From an uncultured Chloroflexia bacterium (lineage in GTDB: Bacteria; Chloroflexota; Limnocylindria; Limnocylindrales; CSP1-4): a stretch of 64,000 nt of DNA. The first letter of the stretch is position 1. Each line of letters starts with the position of its first letter. This document shows, piece after piece, positions 29,995 through 42,189 of this stretch. The notes below the pieces were generated by a model. That model saw nothing but the letters and a program-made list of their open reading frames with translations. It did not search any database and was not told where the DNA came from. The stretch is from contig OY970218.1 in assembly GCA_963713975.1 (NCBI GenBank), positions 3,168,001 to 3,232,000 of the forward strand, in the 5' to 3' direction. A program made the translations under genes and the position numbers.

Positions 29995-32900
29995 CTAGTT
30001 GAAGATCAGGCGCCCCTCGATCGCGGGCGACACGGTCCCCTGGTTGGTGATGTAGTCGATCACCGCATCCCGAACGTAGAACTGGGTGTCGTGAACGATC
30101 TTGTCCAGCGGCCAGAGGCTCACGCCGCCGTCGTTGAAGTTGCACGACCCGGCGGCGAGGTAGTTGACGGTGGAGACGTTGTAGAACGTCGACGCGTCCG
30201 AGAAGTCGACCGGCGTCCCGCTGATCGTCAGCGAGACGACGTTGTTCCCATTCGGGAGGCCGGCGTTCGTGCCGTCGTAGGCGTCGTCGTAGGTGATCTG
30301 CCCGACCGAGTTGGTGTCGATCATGCAGGTCGTGTAGTACGAGTACCCGCCGTAGCCGGGAACGTACTTGTAGTAGTAGTAGTTGCGGTAGGCGCGTTCG
30401 AGGACGGCCTTGATCTGCGGCCCGTTCATGCTCATCACGACGAGCGAGTTCTCATAGGGCATCGCCGCGAACATGTCCGACACCTTGAGGGTGACGGGGC
30501 TTGCCGGCGTCGCGCCGGTGGCGACGAACTTGTTGGTCATCGCGCCGGACAGATGGACGTCCACGTCGGTGATGCCGTTCTTGGCCAGCTCGTAGACGGA
30601 CGCATCCGCCTGGAGGTTGGCCCCGTTCGTCTCCTCGGTGAACGCCTTGAGCGTGTCGATCGGGGCGGTCGTCTGGCCGACGACCTTGTCGTAGTAGGTC
30701 GAGAGCTGCGCGACGTACGGATCCACGATCGCCTTGATCGCGGGATCCTCGGGCGTGGAGCTCGTCACGGCGAGGTACTGGCCGGCGCTGGACACGGTGC
30801 GGCTCATCGCCTTGTTGGCGATCATCCAGTTCGCGTCCGCGATCAGCGCGCTGGCGGCGGAATTGCTGATGTGCCTCCCGGTCTGTGCCCTCACCTCCCA
30901 GATGAACGCCTTGAGCTGGAGGAGTGCCGTCGACGTCTTGCCCGCCCAGAAACTCTTCTCGACGGCGGACAGCTTGGCCAGCAGCGAGTTCCTGACTCCC
31001 TTGCTGTCGATCGCCCTGGTGGCATAGAACGCCTCCACGTCGGCGACCGTCATCTGCATCTTGGGGAGCACTCCAAGGATGACCTCGCCGAGGTAGTTGT
31101 TGTAGCGGTACGCCTGGGTCACGAGAACCGGGGCGTTGTCCGGCCCGCCAACGACGGTGGGCAGGAACTTGTAGTCCCCGGAATAGGCGGTCTGCTTCGA
31201 CGGGTCGGTGTGGCTGTGGCCGCCGATGATGGCGTCCACGCCCGGCACCTGGGCCGCGAAGTTGGTGTCGACGTTCGTGTCCACCTCGACGCTGGACGGG
31301 TTCTCGGTGAACCCGATGTGCGTGAGGGCAACGACGACGTCACCCTGGGCCGCCAGCGTCGGCGCGTACTTCTTGCCGGCCGCGATGGGATCGCTGAACG
31401 TCAACCCCTGGATGTTGCTCGGGAGCTCGTAGTTCGGGACCCGGTGGTTGGTGATCCCGAGGACCGCCACCTTGATCCCGCCGAGGTTGATCTCCACGTA
31501 GGGATTGACGCCCTCGCCCCCGTTGGCCGCAGACAGGCCGTACGACACCACCTTCGGCGGACAGGGCTTGGGCTTGCGATGATGGCCGTACCACTGCCAG
31601 TGGTCGTGACACGGTGCCGCTGTCGTGTCGGACACGTTCGCTCCGAGCACGGCGAAGTCGGCCTGCCCGAGCACCCCCTGGAAGACGTCGCCGCCGTAGT
31701 TGAACTCATGGTTCCCGAGCGTCATCGCGTCGTAGCCGAGCGCGTTCATGACGGCCATCATCGGGTTCGTCTCGAGGCTCGCGGGCAGCGGCGTGCCATC
31801 GCTGGCCGCGCCGGTGGATGACGTCTTGAAGTAGTACATCATCGCGTCGCCCTGGATCTGGTCGCCGGCATTGAGCAGCAGCGTCCGACCCGGGTTATGC
31901 AACTCTTCCTGCTTGATCAGGGTCGCGAGCTGCGTGTAGCCCACGTACGTGCCCTTGGCCAGGTTGCCGTGGGAGTCGTTGTTGTGGAGCACGGTGATCG
32001 GGACGATGCTGCCACCCGCGTCCGTCCCGTCCCGCGTGATCCGGCCGTCGAGCTCGCCGTTGCCCAGCGGGCCCTTGTACGGCTTCGCGGACGTGTACTT
32101 CTCGGACACGTACGCGTTGACCGCATCGAGCATGTCGCCCCAGTACGTGATGTTGGTCATGTACTTGAACGCGGCGTAGTTGTCACCGCCCGCCGGGGCG
32201 AGGAACTCGTTCGTCCCCACCCGGTATGTCTTGTCCAGCTGGATGGGTTTGCACTTGCTGGAGGCCTGGTCGCCCACGCAGTAGTCGAAGGCGCCCCACG
32301 CGTACGTGTACGGGCTCGCGGAGGTGCCGGGAAGGTTCACGGAATCCGTGTAGCGGTAGAAGGAGTAGCGCAGCCCCGCCGGCTGGATGGCTCCCTTGTT
32401 CAGGGTCGCCGCCTGGTTCAGCACCTGCACGATCTGGGCGCCCGTCATGTCGCCCACGACGGTCGCGTTGCCAAACGGCAGGATCGTGAACATCTGGCCG
32501 TAGTTGAGGAGCATCGGATCGTGCGACCAGACACCCGGCCCGCAGTCGGCGGCGTTGCTGCTCCAGATGAACTGGCCGGGGTTCGCGGGATCGGGGGCGT
32601 CGCACCAGTCGGTGCGGATCCCGCCAGCGTTGTTGAGGAACAGGTCGACGTCGTTGTCCTTGGTCCCGTCGCTGTTGAGCGCCCCGTAGATGGCGTCATC
32701 CACGAAGTCACCCATCATGCCGTCGCCGTTGTAGTTGCGCAGGAGGTCTGTCTGGGCGTAGCCCACCGGCGTGTTGACCAGCTCGACGTAGGCCGGGTCG
32801 CTGGCGTAGGCGTCGATGACCGCCGCAATGGCGGGGTCGGGCGTGAGGGCGGCGAAGCCCGTCATGCGGGACCAGTTGATGCTCACGGCCTTGGTGTCGG

Positions 32901-33783
32901 GGTCGAAGGTGAGGTCCGCCCGGCCGACGCTGCGGCCGTTGTAGTACGCCTGCACCACCGGCGTGGAGCCGACCATCGTTGCGGCCGCCAGGTTCGTGTG
33001 GCTGTGGCCGCCGATGATCAGGTTGGCGGGCTTGCCGGCGGCATTCAGCTTCGTCGCGAGGGTCTGGTCACCGTAGACCGGGATCCCGTAGCCATAGCCG
33101 CCGTCGGCATAGCCGAGGTGGCTGAGCACGACGATGACGTCGGCTGCCGCCTTCATGTCGGCGTAGTAGTGGAGGATCGAGTCGGCCGGATCCTTGAAGC
33201 ACAGCCCGGCCGTCGAAGTCGAGATGGTGATCGTTGGCGTCTCCGCCGTCGTCACGCCGATAAGCGCGACGCGCACGCCGTTGACCGTCTTGACCTCGAA
33301 GGCGGCATCGGCGAAGTCCGGCTTGGTCCAGCCGGAGCTCGCGCAGTCGCCCGCGTCCTTCTTGACGATGTTGGCCGTCACATACGGGTGGGTCGCCTGT
33401 GCCGTGCGGTCCGCAAGCACGGCCTGGCCCCAGTCGAACTCGTGGTTGCCGACGGTGGCGGCGGCATAGCCCATCGCGTTGAAGGCCGCGATCGTAGGGG
33501 CGCCCTTCTGGAGGTTCGAGAGCAGGCTGCCCTGCATCTCGTCACCGGCGTCGACGAGGAGCACGTTGTCGGCACCGACCGCGGTGCGAACGTCGTTGAC
33601 CGCGGTGGCGACACGTGCCATCCCCGGGTTGCTGCCCGACGCCTCCAGCTGTCCGTGGAAGTCGTTCGTGTGGAGGATCGTGAACGTGACCGGGCTGGCT
33701 GGTGCGGCCACCGCCGGGGCCGCGAAGACCGATGAGACGAGGGCCACGATGGACAGAAGCAGGATGGGCCGGGAACGTCTCAC
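29995..33783 (-). CDS. secreted tandem 5'-nucleotidase / 2',3'-cyclic phosphodiesterase (two catalytic modules)
   Basis: signal peptide; two sets of H(T/N)ND.HG, (D/N)AGD, GNHEF, GGHSH, each with a 5'-nucleotidase C-terminal domain. Confidence 0.9.
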   Translation of the reverse strand: MRRSRPILLLSIVALVSSVFAAPAVAAPASPVTFTILHTNDFHGQLEASGSNPGMARVATAVNDVRTAVGADNVLLVDAGDEMQGSLLSNLQKGAPTIAAFNAMGYAAATVGNHEFDWGQAVLADRTAQATHPYVTANIVKKDAGDCASSGWTKPDFADAAFEVKTVNGVRVALIGVTTAETPTITISTSTAGLCFKDPADSILHYYADMKAAADVIVVLSHLGYADGGYGYGIPVYGDQTLATKLNAAGKPANLIIGGHSHTNLAAATMVGSTPVVQAYYNGRSVGRADLTFDPDTKAVSINWSRMTGFAALTPDPAIAAVIDAYASDPAYVELVNTPVGYAQTDLLRNYNGDGMMGDFVDDAIYGALNSDGTKDNDVDLFLNNAGGIRTDWCDAPDPANPGQFIWSSNAADCGPGVWSHDPMLLNYGQMFTILPFGNATVVGDMTGAQIVQVLNQAATLNKGAIQPAGLRYSFYRYTDSVNLPGTSASPYTYAWGAFDYCVGDQASSKCKPIQLDKTYRVGTNEFLAPAGGDNYAAFKYMTNITYWGDMLDAVNAYVSEKYTSAKPYKGPLGNGELDGRITRDGTDAGGSIVPITVLHNNDSHGNLAKGTYVGYTQLATLIKQEELHNPGRTLLLNAGDQIQGDAMMYYFKTSSTGAASDGTPLPASLETNPMMAVMNALGYDAMTLGNHEFNYGGDVFQGVLGQADFAVLGANVSDTTAAPCHDHWQWYGHHRKPKPCPPKVVSYGLSAANGGEGVNPYVEINLGGIKVAVLGITNHRVPNYELPSNIQGLTFSDPIAAGKKYAPTLAAQGDVVVALTHIGFTENPSSVEVDTNVDTNFAAQVPGVDAIIGGHSHTDPSKQTAYSGDYKFLPTVVGGPDNAPVLVTQAYRYNNYLGEVILGVLPKMQMTVADVEAFYATRAIDSKGVRNSLLAKLSAVEKSFWAGKTSTALLQLKAFIWEVRAQTGRHISNSAASALIADANWMIANKAMSRTVSSAGQYLAVTSSTPEDPAIKAIVDPYVAQLSTYYDKVVGQTTAPIDTLKAFTEETNGANLQADASVYELAKNGITDVDVHLSGAMTNKFVATGATPASPVTLKVSDMFAAMPYENSLVVMSMNGPQIKAVLERAYRNYYYYKYVPGYGGYSYYTTCMIDTNSVGQITYDDAYDGTNAGLPNGNNVVSLTISGTPVDFSDASTFYNVSTVNYLAAGSCNFNDGGVSLWPLDKIVHDTQFYVRDAVIDYITNQGTVSPAIEGRLIFN

Positions 33784-34007
33784 GGGGGCACCTCCGAGGA
33801 CGAGGGCACGCGGGGACGCACCTGACCCACCCTCTCCGTCGGTCAGCGCTGGGGTATGCACGGGACGCTAGTCCGTTGGCCGTCCGAAGTGCACGGCCGA
33901 ACGTCGGGCGAATCGTCCCCCATCGGCCCCACCCGGGACCCCACGGTGCGGCGGTGCACCGGTTTCCGCAATGTCCCGGTTGAGTGGCCGGGATCACCAT
34001 CACCGGC

Positions 34008-35684
34008 ATGACCTCCGACCTCCACCCCTCCGTCGCCGAGCGGCTACGCCGGCTGGCACCCGACCAGCGTGCCGCCGCCACCGCGCCTCCGGGGCCCGTC
34101 CTGTGTGTCGCCCCGGCCGGCAGCGGCAAGACCACCACGCTCGTGGCGCGGGTGGCCTGGTTGGTGGACCGCGGGGCGGATCCCGGGTCTGTGACCATCG
34201 TGGCCTTCAACAAGCGGGCCGCAGAGGAGCTCTCCGGGCGCCTCACGGCCGCCCTGACGCCGCTGGGCGTGGCTGCGGGCTCGGTGCGGGTGCGGACGTT
34301 CCACGCGCTGGGCCGGGAGATCCTGCGGGACGCCGGCGTCACGGTCGAGCCGCTGATGGACCGGGACGAGGTGCTGCGGGAGCTCATTCCGGGTGCCACG
34401 GCGGCGGATCGCGGCCGCCTGGACCTGGCGTTCTCCCGGCTCAAGCTCGACCTGCGGGTCACGGCGGACGACGTGGCGCGGGACCCGGCGCCGGGACCGG
34501 TCGCACGCGCGTTCATCGCCTACGAGGGCGCCGTCCGCGAGTCGGGCGGGGTGGACTTCGACGACCTCGTCGCCCGCTCGCTGGGCCGGCTCCGCGAGGA
34601 TCCCCGGCTCCTGGAGCGGTGGCGGTCGCGGACCGCGAACCTGCTGGTGGACGAGGCACAGGATCTGGACCGCTCGCAGCTGGACCTCGCCCTCCTGCTT
34701 GCGGCTCCCTCCAACGACGTGTTCCTGGTTGGTGACGACGACCAGACCGTCTACTCCTGGCGGCTTGCCGACGTGCGCAGGGTGCTGGGCCTGGCCGCGG
34801 CGCTGCCGGGCCTGCGGCGGGTGGACCTGGCCACCAACTACCGGTGTCCGCCGCCGGTCGTGGGGCGGGCGGTCCGGCTGGTCGAGCACAACCGCGAGCG
34901 GTTCGCGAAGCGGATCCTCGCAGGGTCCCGCGGCGGCGGGCGTCTCGTGCTGGCACCGGACGCCGCCGACGACGTTGTGCGGGTCCGACGCGCCATGGCG
35001 TCCTGGCCCGCCGACGAGTCGTCGCGCGCGGTCCTGGCGAGAACGAACCGGGAGCTCCTTGTTGCGGTGGTCGCCGCGGTCGAGCTGGGGCTCCCGTTCC
35101 GGGCCCCGGACCTCCCGCTCCCCATCCTGGACCCGCGGCTGGACGACCTGCTGGACCGGGCCGAGACGCGCGCGGCCGGCAGCCGCGACCCGTTGCGGGC
35201 GCTCGGTCGCCTGGGCCCGGTGCTTCGGGCGGCCGGCCTCGGGGCGCCGGCCGCGGTCGGAGCGCCGTCCGCGGACCCCGACCAGCCGTCCGAGCTCGAC
35301 CTCCTGACCACGCTCCTGGGCTGGGCGGCCGGCCACCGCGACCTCGCCACCCTCCGCACTGCGATCGCGGCCTGGCGGACGCGCCTCGCCGAGCTCCGCC
35401 GGGACGACGCCGCCCTGGCCCTGGCCACAGCGCACGGCACCAAGGGGCTCGAGTGGGACCACGTCCTAGTCCTTGCCGATGGGTTCCCGGGCCGCCGTGC
35501 GGTGAACGACGCGGTCGAGCCGGAACGCGCGCTGGAGGAGGAGCGCCGGCTCGCGTACGTCGCCTGGACCCGGGCGCGACGATCGCTCACCCTGCTGTTC
35601 GACCCGGAGGCGCCATCCCCGTTCATGACCGAGGCGTTCGATCCGGCGGAGCTGACGCCGCCGGATCCGGGACGGGCAACCTGA
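34008..35684 (+). CDS. UvrD/PcrA-like SF1 helicase, compact form
   Basis: APAGSGKT, RTFHA, VDEAQD, VGDDDQTVYSWR, NYRC, TAHGTKGLEW, EERRLAYVAWTRAR. Confidence 0.9.
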   Translation: MTSDLHPSVAERLRRLAPDQRAAATAPPGPVLCVAPAGSGKTTTLVARVAWLVDRGADPGSVTIVAFNKRAAEELSGRLTAALTPLGVAAGSVRVRTFHALGREILRDAGVTVEPLMDRDEVLRELIPGATAADRGRLDLAFSRLKLDLRVTADDVARDPAPGPVARAFIAYEGAVRESGGVDFDDLVARSLGRLREDPRLLERWRSRTANLLVDEAQDLDRSQLDLALLLAAPSNDVFLVGDDDQTVYSWRLADVRRVLGLAAALPGLRRVDLATNYRCPPPVVGRAVRLVEHNRERFAKRILAGSRGGGRLVLAPDAADDVVRVRRAMASWPADESSRAVLARTNRELLVAVVAAVELGLPFRAPDLPLPILDPRLDDLLDRAETRAAGSRDPLRALGRLGPVLRAAGLGAPAAVGAPSADPDQPSELDLLTTLLGWAAGHRDLATLRTAIAAWRTRLAELRRDDAALALATAHGTKGLEWDHVLVLADGFPGRRAVNDAVEPERALEEERRLAYVAWTRARRSLTLLFDPEAPSPFMTEAFDPAELTPPDPGRAT

Positions 35685-35699
35685 CGATAGACTCCCGCG

Positions 35700-36176
35700 A
35701 TGAGCCGACTTCCTGCCCTGGGTCCCCGCGGCGAGGGCTGGGTCGTGATCCAGTTCGTGCTCTTCGGGCTGATCGCGCTCGCCGGCCTGGCGGGGCCGGT
35801 GGTCACGGGCGCACCGCGTCTGGTCATGGCTGTAGGCGGCGCCGCGCTGCTGGCAGCGGGCCTGTACCTCGCCGCCCGAGGGCTCGTTGACCTGCGTGAC
35901 GCCCTGACCGCGCTCCCCCACCCCCGTGATGGTGCCCGGCTCGTGGACACCGGAGCCTACGCGAAGGTCCGCCACCCGATCTACGGGGGCCTCGCCCTGG
36001 GGGCCACCGGGTGGGCCCTGGTCACCGCGTCGCCGCTGGCGCTCGCTGGCGCAGCCGTGCTCCTGGTCTTCTTCCGCCTCAAGTCCGGGCGCGAGGAGCA
36101 ATGGCTGCGGGAGCGATACCCGACCTACGACGCCTACGCCGCTCACACCCGGCGGATGCTGCCGGGCATCTACTAG
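35700..36176 (+). CDS. isoprenylcysteine carboxyl / phospholipid methyltransferase family membrane protein
   Basis: LVDTGAYAKVRHPIYGG, REEQWL...Y..Y. Confidence 0.88.
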   Translation: MSRLPALGPRGEGWVVIQFVLFGLIALAGLAGPVVTGAPRLVMAVGGAALLAAGLYLAARGLVDLRDALTALPHPRDGARLVDTGAYAKVRHPIYGGLALGATGWALVTASPLALAGAAVLLVFFRLKSGREEQWLRERYPTYDAYAAHTRRMLPGIY

Positions 36177-36192
36177 CCCTGCGACCCAACTG

Positions 36193-36543
36193 CTAGCCCT
36201 GCCCCGCGGCCTCGCGCCGGGCCAGGACCTTGAGCAGCTTGTCGATCGCCTCGAGGAACGGCTCCGTCAGCGCCGCCGGCATGGCGTCGCGAATCGAGTC
36301 CTTGGGGCCATACGCCGCCCGCGCCCGGAGGGCCACCCGTCGCAGGTCGACCACCTCGCCGTCCCGGAGGCGATCCGGCAACGGCTCCAGGTATGCGAGC
36401 CATCGGGTGACGCCGCGCTTGATCGCCTCGTCGAGCAGCCGGTCCGCGGCTCGGGCAGCCAGGAGGGCCGCCTCATCGATCTCCGGACGCTCGTGCCGCG
36501 CGGGTCCCTTCCGCCCCGCGGTCACCGGCCGGTCGGACGTCAC
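36193..36543 (-). CDS. hypothetical helical protein
   Basis: GTGA overlap with upstream gene; protein-like composition only in this part of the long ORF. Confidence 0.6.
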   Translation of the reverse strand: MTSDRPVTAGRKGPARHERPEIDEAALLAARAADRLLDEAIKRGVTRWLAYLEPLPDRLRDGEVVDLRRVALRARAAYGPKDSIRDAMPAALTEPFLEAIDKLLKVLARREAAGQG

Positions 36544-36974
36544 GAACCCGGCTGACCGTCGGGCGCCGCCTCTTCTGGGGCCCTGACCAGGACGAGGCCG
36601 AGACGCTTTCGCTCCGAGCCGTTGACCAGGATCCTGAACGAGTAGTCGCCGGGCGTCGGGAACGCCAGGTTCCAGAGGTCGATGCTGAAGGTGAGGATCG
36701 CATCGCGCCCATCCGGCTGGCTGTGGGCCACGAGGCTGCCGGTGGCGCCCGTGACCTCTGTGCCATCGGGATCCAGCAGCACGATCCGCAGCTCGTGCTC
36801 CCGCTCCGTCTCCGGCGATGTCACGACGAGCCCCACGACCAACGCGAGGTGCGGGTGACGAAGCGGGAAGGCGCGCCCGCCGATCCGGGTGATGCCGCCA
36901 CCGAGCACGTTGAACTTGTGACCGGGCTGGGTCTCGGCCGCATCGGCGAGGAAGGCGAAGTCGATCTCGGGCAT
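36540..36974 (-). CDS. conserved hypothetical beta-sandwich protein (DUF6941-like)
   Basis: DFAFLADAA...KFNVLGGG...FPTPGDYSF; family name from recall only. Confidence 0.7.
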   Translation of the reverse strand: MPEIDFAFLADAAETQPGHKFNVLGGGITRIGGRAFPLRHPHLALVVGLVVTSPETEREHELRIVLLDPDGTEVTGATGSLVAHSQPDGRDAILTFSIDLWNLAFPTPGDYSFRILVNGSERKRLGLVLVRAPEEAAPDGQPGS

Positions 36975-36995
36975 GGCTCGATGGTAGCCGGGCCG

Positions 36996-40082
<3,087 letters not shown>

Positions 40083-40113
40083 GAGGCGCAGTGTAGCCGG
40101 TCTCGGTCAAATC

Positions 40114-40125
40114 GAACAACCGTTC
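40114..40125. promoter_or_regulatory. LexA-type SOS box upstream of uvrA
   Basis: GAAC-aacc-GTTC at the expected -35 position of a TACACT -10 (40095-40090). Confidence 0.8.
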
Positions 40126-40149
40126 ACACGGACTGGTTCCGGGCCGGGC

Positions 40150-40307
40150 GTGCGTCGGACGCACCGTTTCGGGCGGCTGGCGCCACCCTCGCGCGTCACA
40201 CGCACGGGCAGGGCGGAATCGGGGCCCGGAGTCTCCGGGCGGGTCGGACCCGTGCCCCCGGCGCACGTCGGCGACGATCCGGCTCAGGAATCGTGCGTCG
40301 TGCGCAC
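40150..40307. repeat. four-palindrome REP/MITE-like element, copy 1
   Basis: GTGCG-N5-CGCAC-like units at 40150, 40191, 40252, 40293. Confidence 0.7.
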
Positions 40308-40351
40308 GAGCAGGGCCGGTGCACGAGCAGGGCCGGTGCACGAGCAGGGCC
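40304..40351. repeat. 17-bp tandem repeat x~3
   Basis: gcacgagcagggccggt. Confidence 0.85.
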
Positions 40352-40367
40352 AGCGGCCAGCGGCGGC

Positions 40368-40925
40368 TCAGCCCGCTGGCGACGCCGATGGCACCGCGAC
40401 GCTGTCCTGGCAGATCTTCCAGTCGCCACCCTCGCGGGTGAGGCGCAGGGACTGGTCGATCGGCACGTCCTGCCCGTAGGCCTCCAGCGTCTTGAGCAGG
40501 GCGTCCAGCTGGTCGTCGGTCATGGTGGGGCCCTGCTCGCCCAGCATCTCGCGCAGGATCGGGCGCATCGCCGCCGCGTCGAACGTGACCTTGAGCGTGC
40601 CCGTTACCGGCACCTCGGCCACGTCGCCGTCGATGGCGGCGTCGCCGATCTTCACGCCGCCGACGTCCAGGTTGACCGCGTCGACCAGCGCCTGCGTGTC
40701 GAGCCCCGGCAGCAGCTCCCCGCCGATGGCCCCCGGCAGCCCCAACTGGTCCCGGATCAGGTCCTCCTGGCCGGCGCACGCGAGCCCGCGCAGGCCGTCG
40801 ACGTCCTTGGCCGCCACGAGGGCCAGGGCCTTGTCGACGACGGCACCCGGACCGCCGTCAGCGGGCACCGACGCACAGCCGGTGGCCATCAGGAGGAGGG
40901 CGAAGACGAAGCCGATGGTGCGCAT
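40368..40925 (-). CDS. putative lipoprotein
   Basis: lipobox ATGC; C-terminal EGGDWKIC typical of NTF2-like lipoproteins. Confidence 0.8.
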   Translation of the reverse strand: MRTIGFVFALLLMATGCASVPADGGPGAVVDKALALVAAKDVDGLRGLACAGQEDLIRDQLGLPGAIGGELLPGLDTQALVDAVNLDVGGVKIGDAAIDGDVAEVPVTGTLKVTFDAAAMRPILREMLGEQGPTMTDDQLDALLKTLEAYGQDVPIDQSLRLTREGGDWKICQDSVAVPSASPAG

Positions 40926-40945
40926 GCCCGCACGGTACCCCCGGT

Positions 40946-41008
40946 GTCGGCATCACTGCCGCCGGCGTCGGCATCACTGCCGCCGGCGTCGGCATCACTG
41001 CCGCCGGC
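40946..41008. repeat. 21-bp tandem repeat x3 containing a stop codon
   Basis: gtcggcatcactgccgccggc x3. Confidence 0.9.
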
Positions 41009-42182
41009 GCGGCCGGAACATCGCGTGGCGGTCCGGCAGGAAGCCGAGCTTCCGGTACCAAGGCTCGAGTCCTGGCGTCGCCGCGAGCGAGAAGCGCACG
41101 AGGTCCCGCCCGTCGGTCAGCAGGTGCATCATCCGCTCCCCCACCCCCACGCCATGGTAGGAGGGGTGCACGACGACCGTGGCAATCAGCGCGTTCTGCC
41201 CACCGTCCGTGATCGAGCGCGCCGTGCCGATGAGGCGCTCTCCGTCCCACGCGGTCGCGAACTCGGTGGTCCCGGCGAGCGCCCGCTCGAGCGACGCGGG
41301 CTCGGACGCCCGGAGGTCCCAGCCCACGGCGCGGAGCAGACCGACGACCTCGGCGGCCGGCGGGCGGCGGTCCATCACGATGGTCACGCGCTGGGCCGTA
41401 CCGTCGGCGCGGACGATCCGGCGCTCGAGCTCCCACAGGTGGTCGAAGCCATGCGCCTGCAGGCGGCGCAGGACCTTGGCCAGCGTCCACGTCTCGCCGT
41501 GGCGGTCTGCCGTCTCCGCTCCGCCGTCGGCCAGGCCGAGGGCATGCAGGCGCTCGATCACCCACGCCCTCGATCCCGCCAGCGCGTCCCGTGCCGGGAC
41601 TCCGTCCAGCGGCCCGTCGTACCTTCCCCCGGCGGGCAGCCTCCCGACCAGCCATGCCTCCGAACCAGCGACGTGCCCAAGCACCTCATCGCCCGTCCGC
41701 TCCCCGCGCGCCGTATCGACGGGTAGCGGCCCATGGACGGCCTCGAAGGCGTCGAGGCGGTCCGCCATCGCGAGCAGGTCCTCGCGAGCCCAGCCGAGCC
41801 TGCGGATCGCGTCGGCCGTGGCCTCCTGTGTCACGCGGCGCCGGTCCGCCGGCAGGGTGGCGTTCACCTCGTAGCCGTCCGCTTCCCGTCTCGCGGTCAC
41901 CTCTCCGGCGGCGTCGGGGCGCCAGATCCGCGGGATCCCCGCCTCGTCACCGTGCAGCTCCAGCCACTCGCGGACACGCGCGGTCGCCACGAGGGCACCG
42001 CTGAGGGCCCGATCCCTCGCGCCCGCGACGGCGAGCACGCCGGGCACGTCCGGAACCCACGCCGCGATCCGATCGCCGTCGTGGCCGTTCTCGAGCCACA
42101 CGGCCAGCGGGGCAAAGCCGTCCAGGGGCGGGGGCGGGCCGGCCCGGAGCTCCTCCGTGACGTCGGCCTCCTCGGTGGGCAT
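40995..42182 (-). CDS. HicB-like / DinB-like / GNAT acetyltransferase fusion
   Basis: AWVPDVPG..AL N-terminus; EVLGHVAGSEAW and WTLAKVLRRLQAHGFDH (DinB-like His); VVVHPSYHGVGVG, WYRKLGF (GNAT). Confidence 0.75.
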   Translation of the reverse strand: MPTEEADVTEELRAGPPPPLDGFAPLAVWLENGHDGDRIAAWVPDVPGVLAVAGARDRALSGALVATARVREWLELHGDEAGIPRIWRPDAAGEVTARREADGYEVNATLPADRRRVTQEATADAIRRLGWAREDLLAMADRLDAFEAVHGPLPVDTARGERTGDEVLGHVAGSEAWLVGRLPAGGRYDGPLDGVPARDALAGSRAWVIERLHALGLADGGAETADRHGETWTLAKVLRRLQAHGFDHLWELERRIVRADGTAQRVTIVMDRRPPAAEVVGLLRAVGWDLRASEPASLERALAGTTEFATAWDGERLIGTARSITDGGQNALIATVVVHPSYHGVGVGERMMHLLTDGRDLVRFSLAATPGLEPWYRKLGFLPDRHAMFRPRRRQ

Positions 42183-42189
42183 GGCGGTC

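Noticed and set aside
33784-33990. Riboswitch upstream of the 5'-nucleotidase
   Set aside because: Only generic hairpins; no conserved aptamer motif recognised
40105-40110. TTGACC as the -35 of uvrA
   Set aside because: Only 9 nt from the -10 hexamer
40150-40307. Mini CRISPR array (also 60538-60697)
   Set aside because: Units are only 15 bp, degenerate and unevenly spaced, and no cas genes are present
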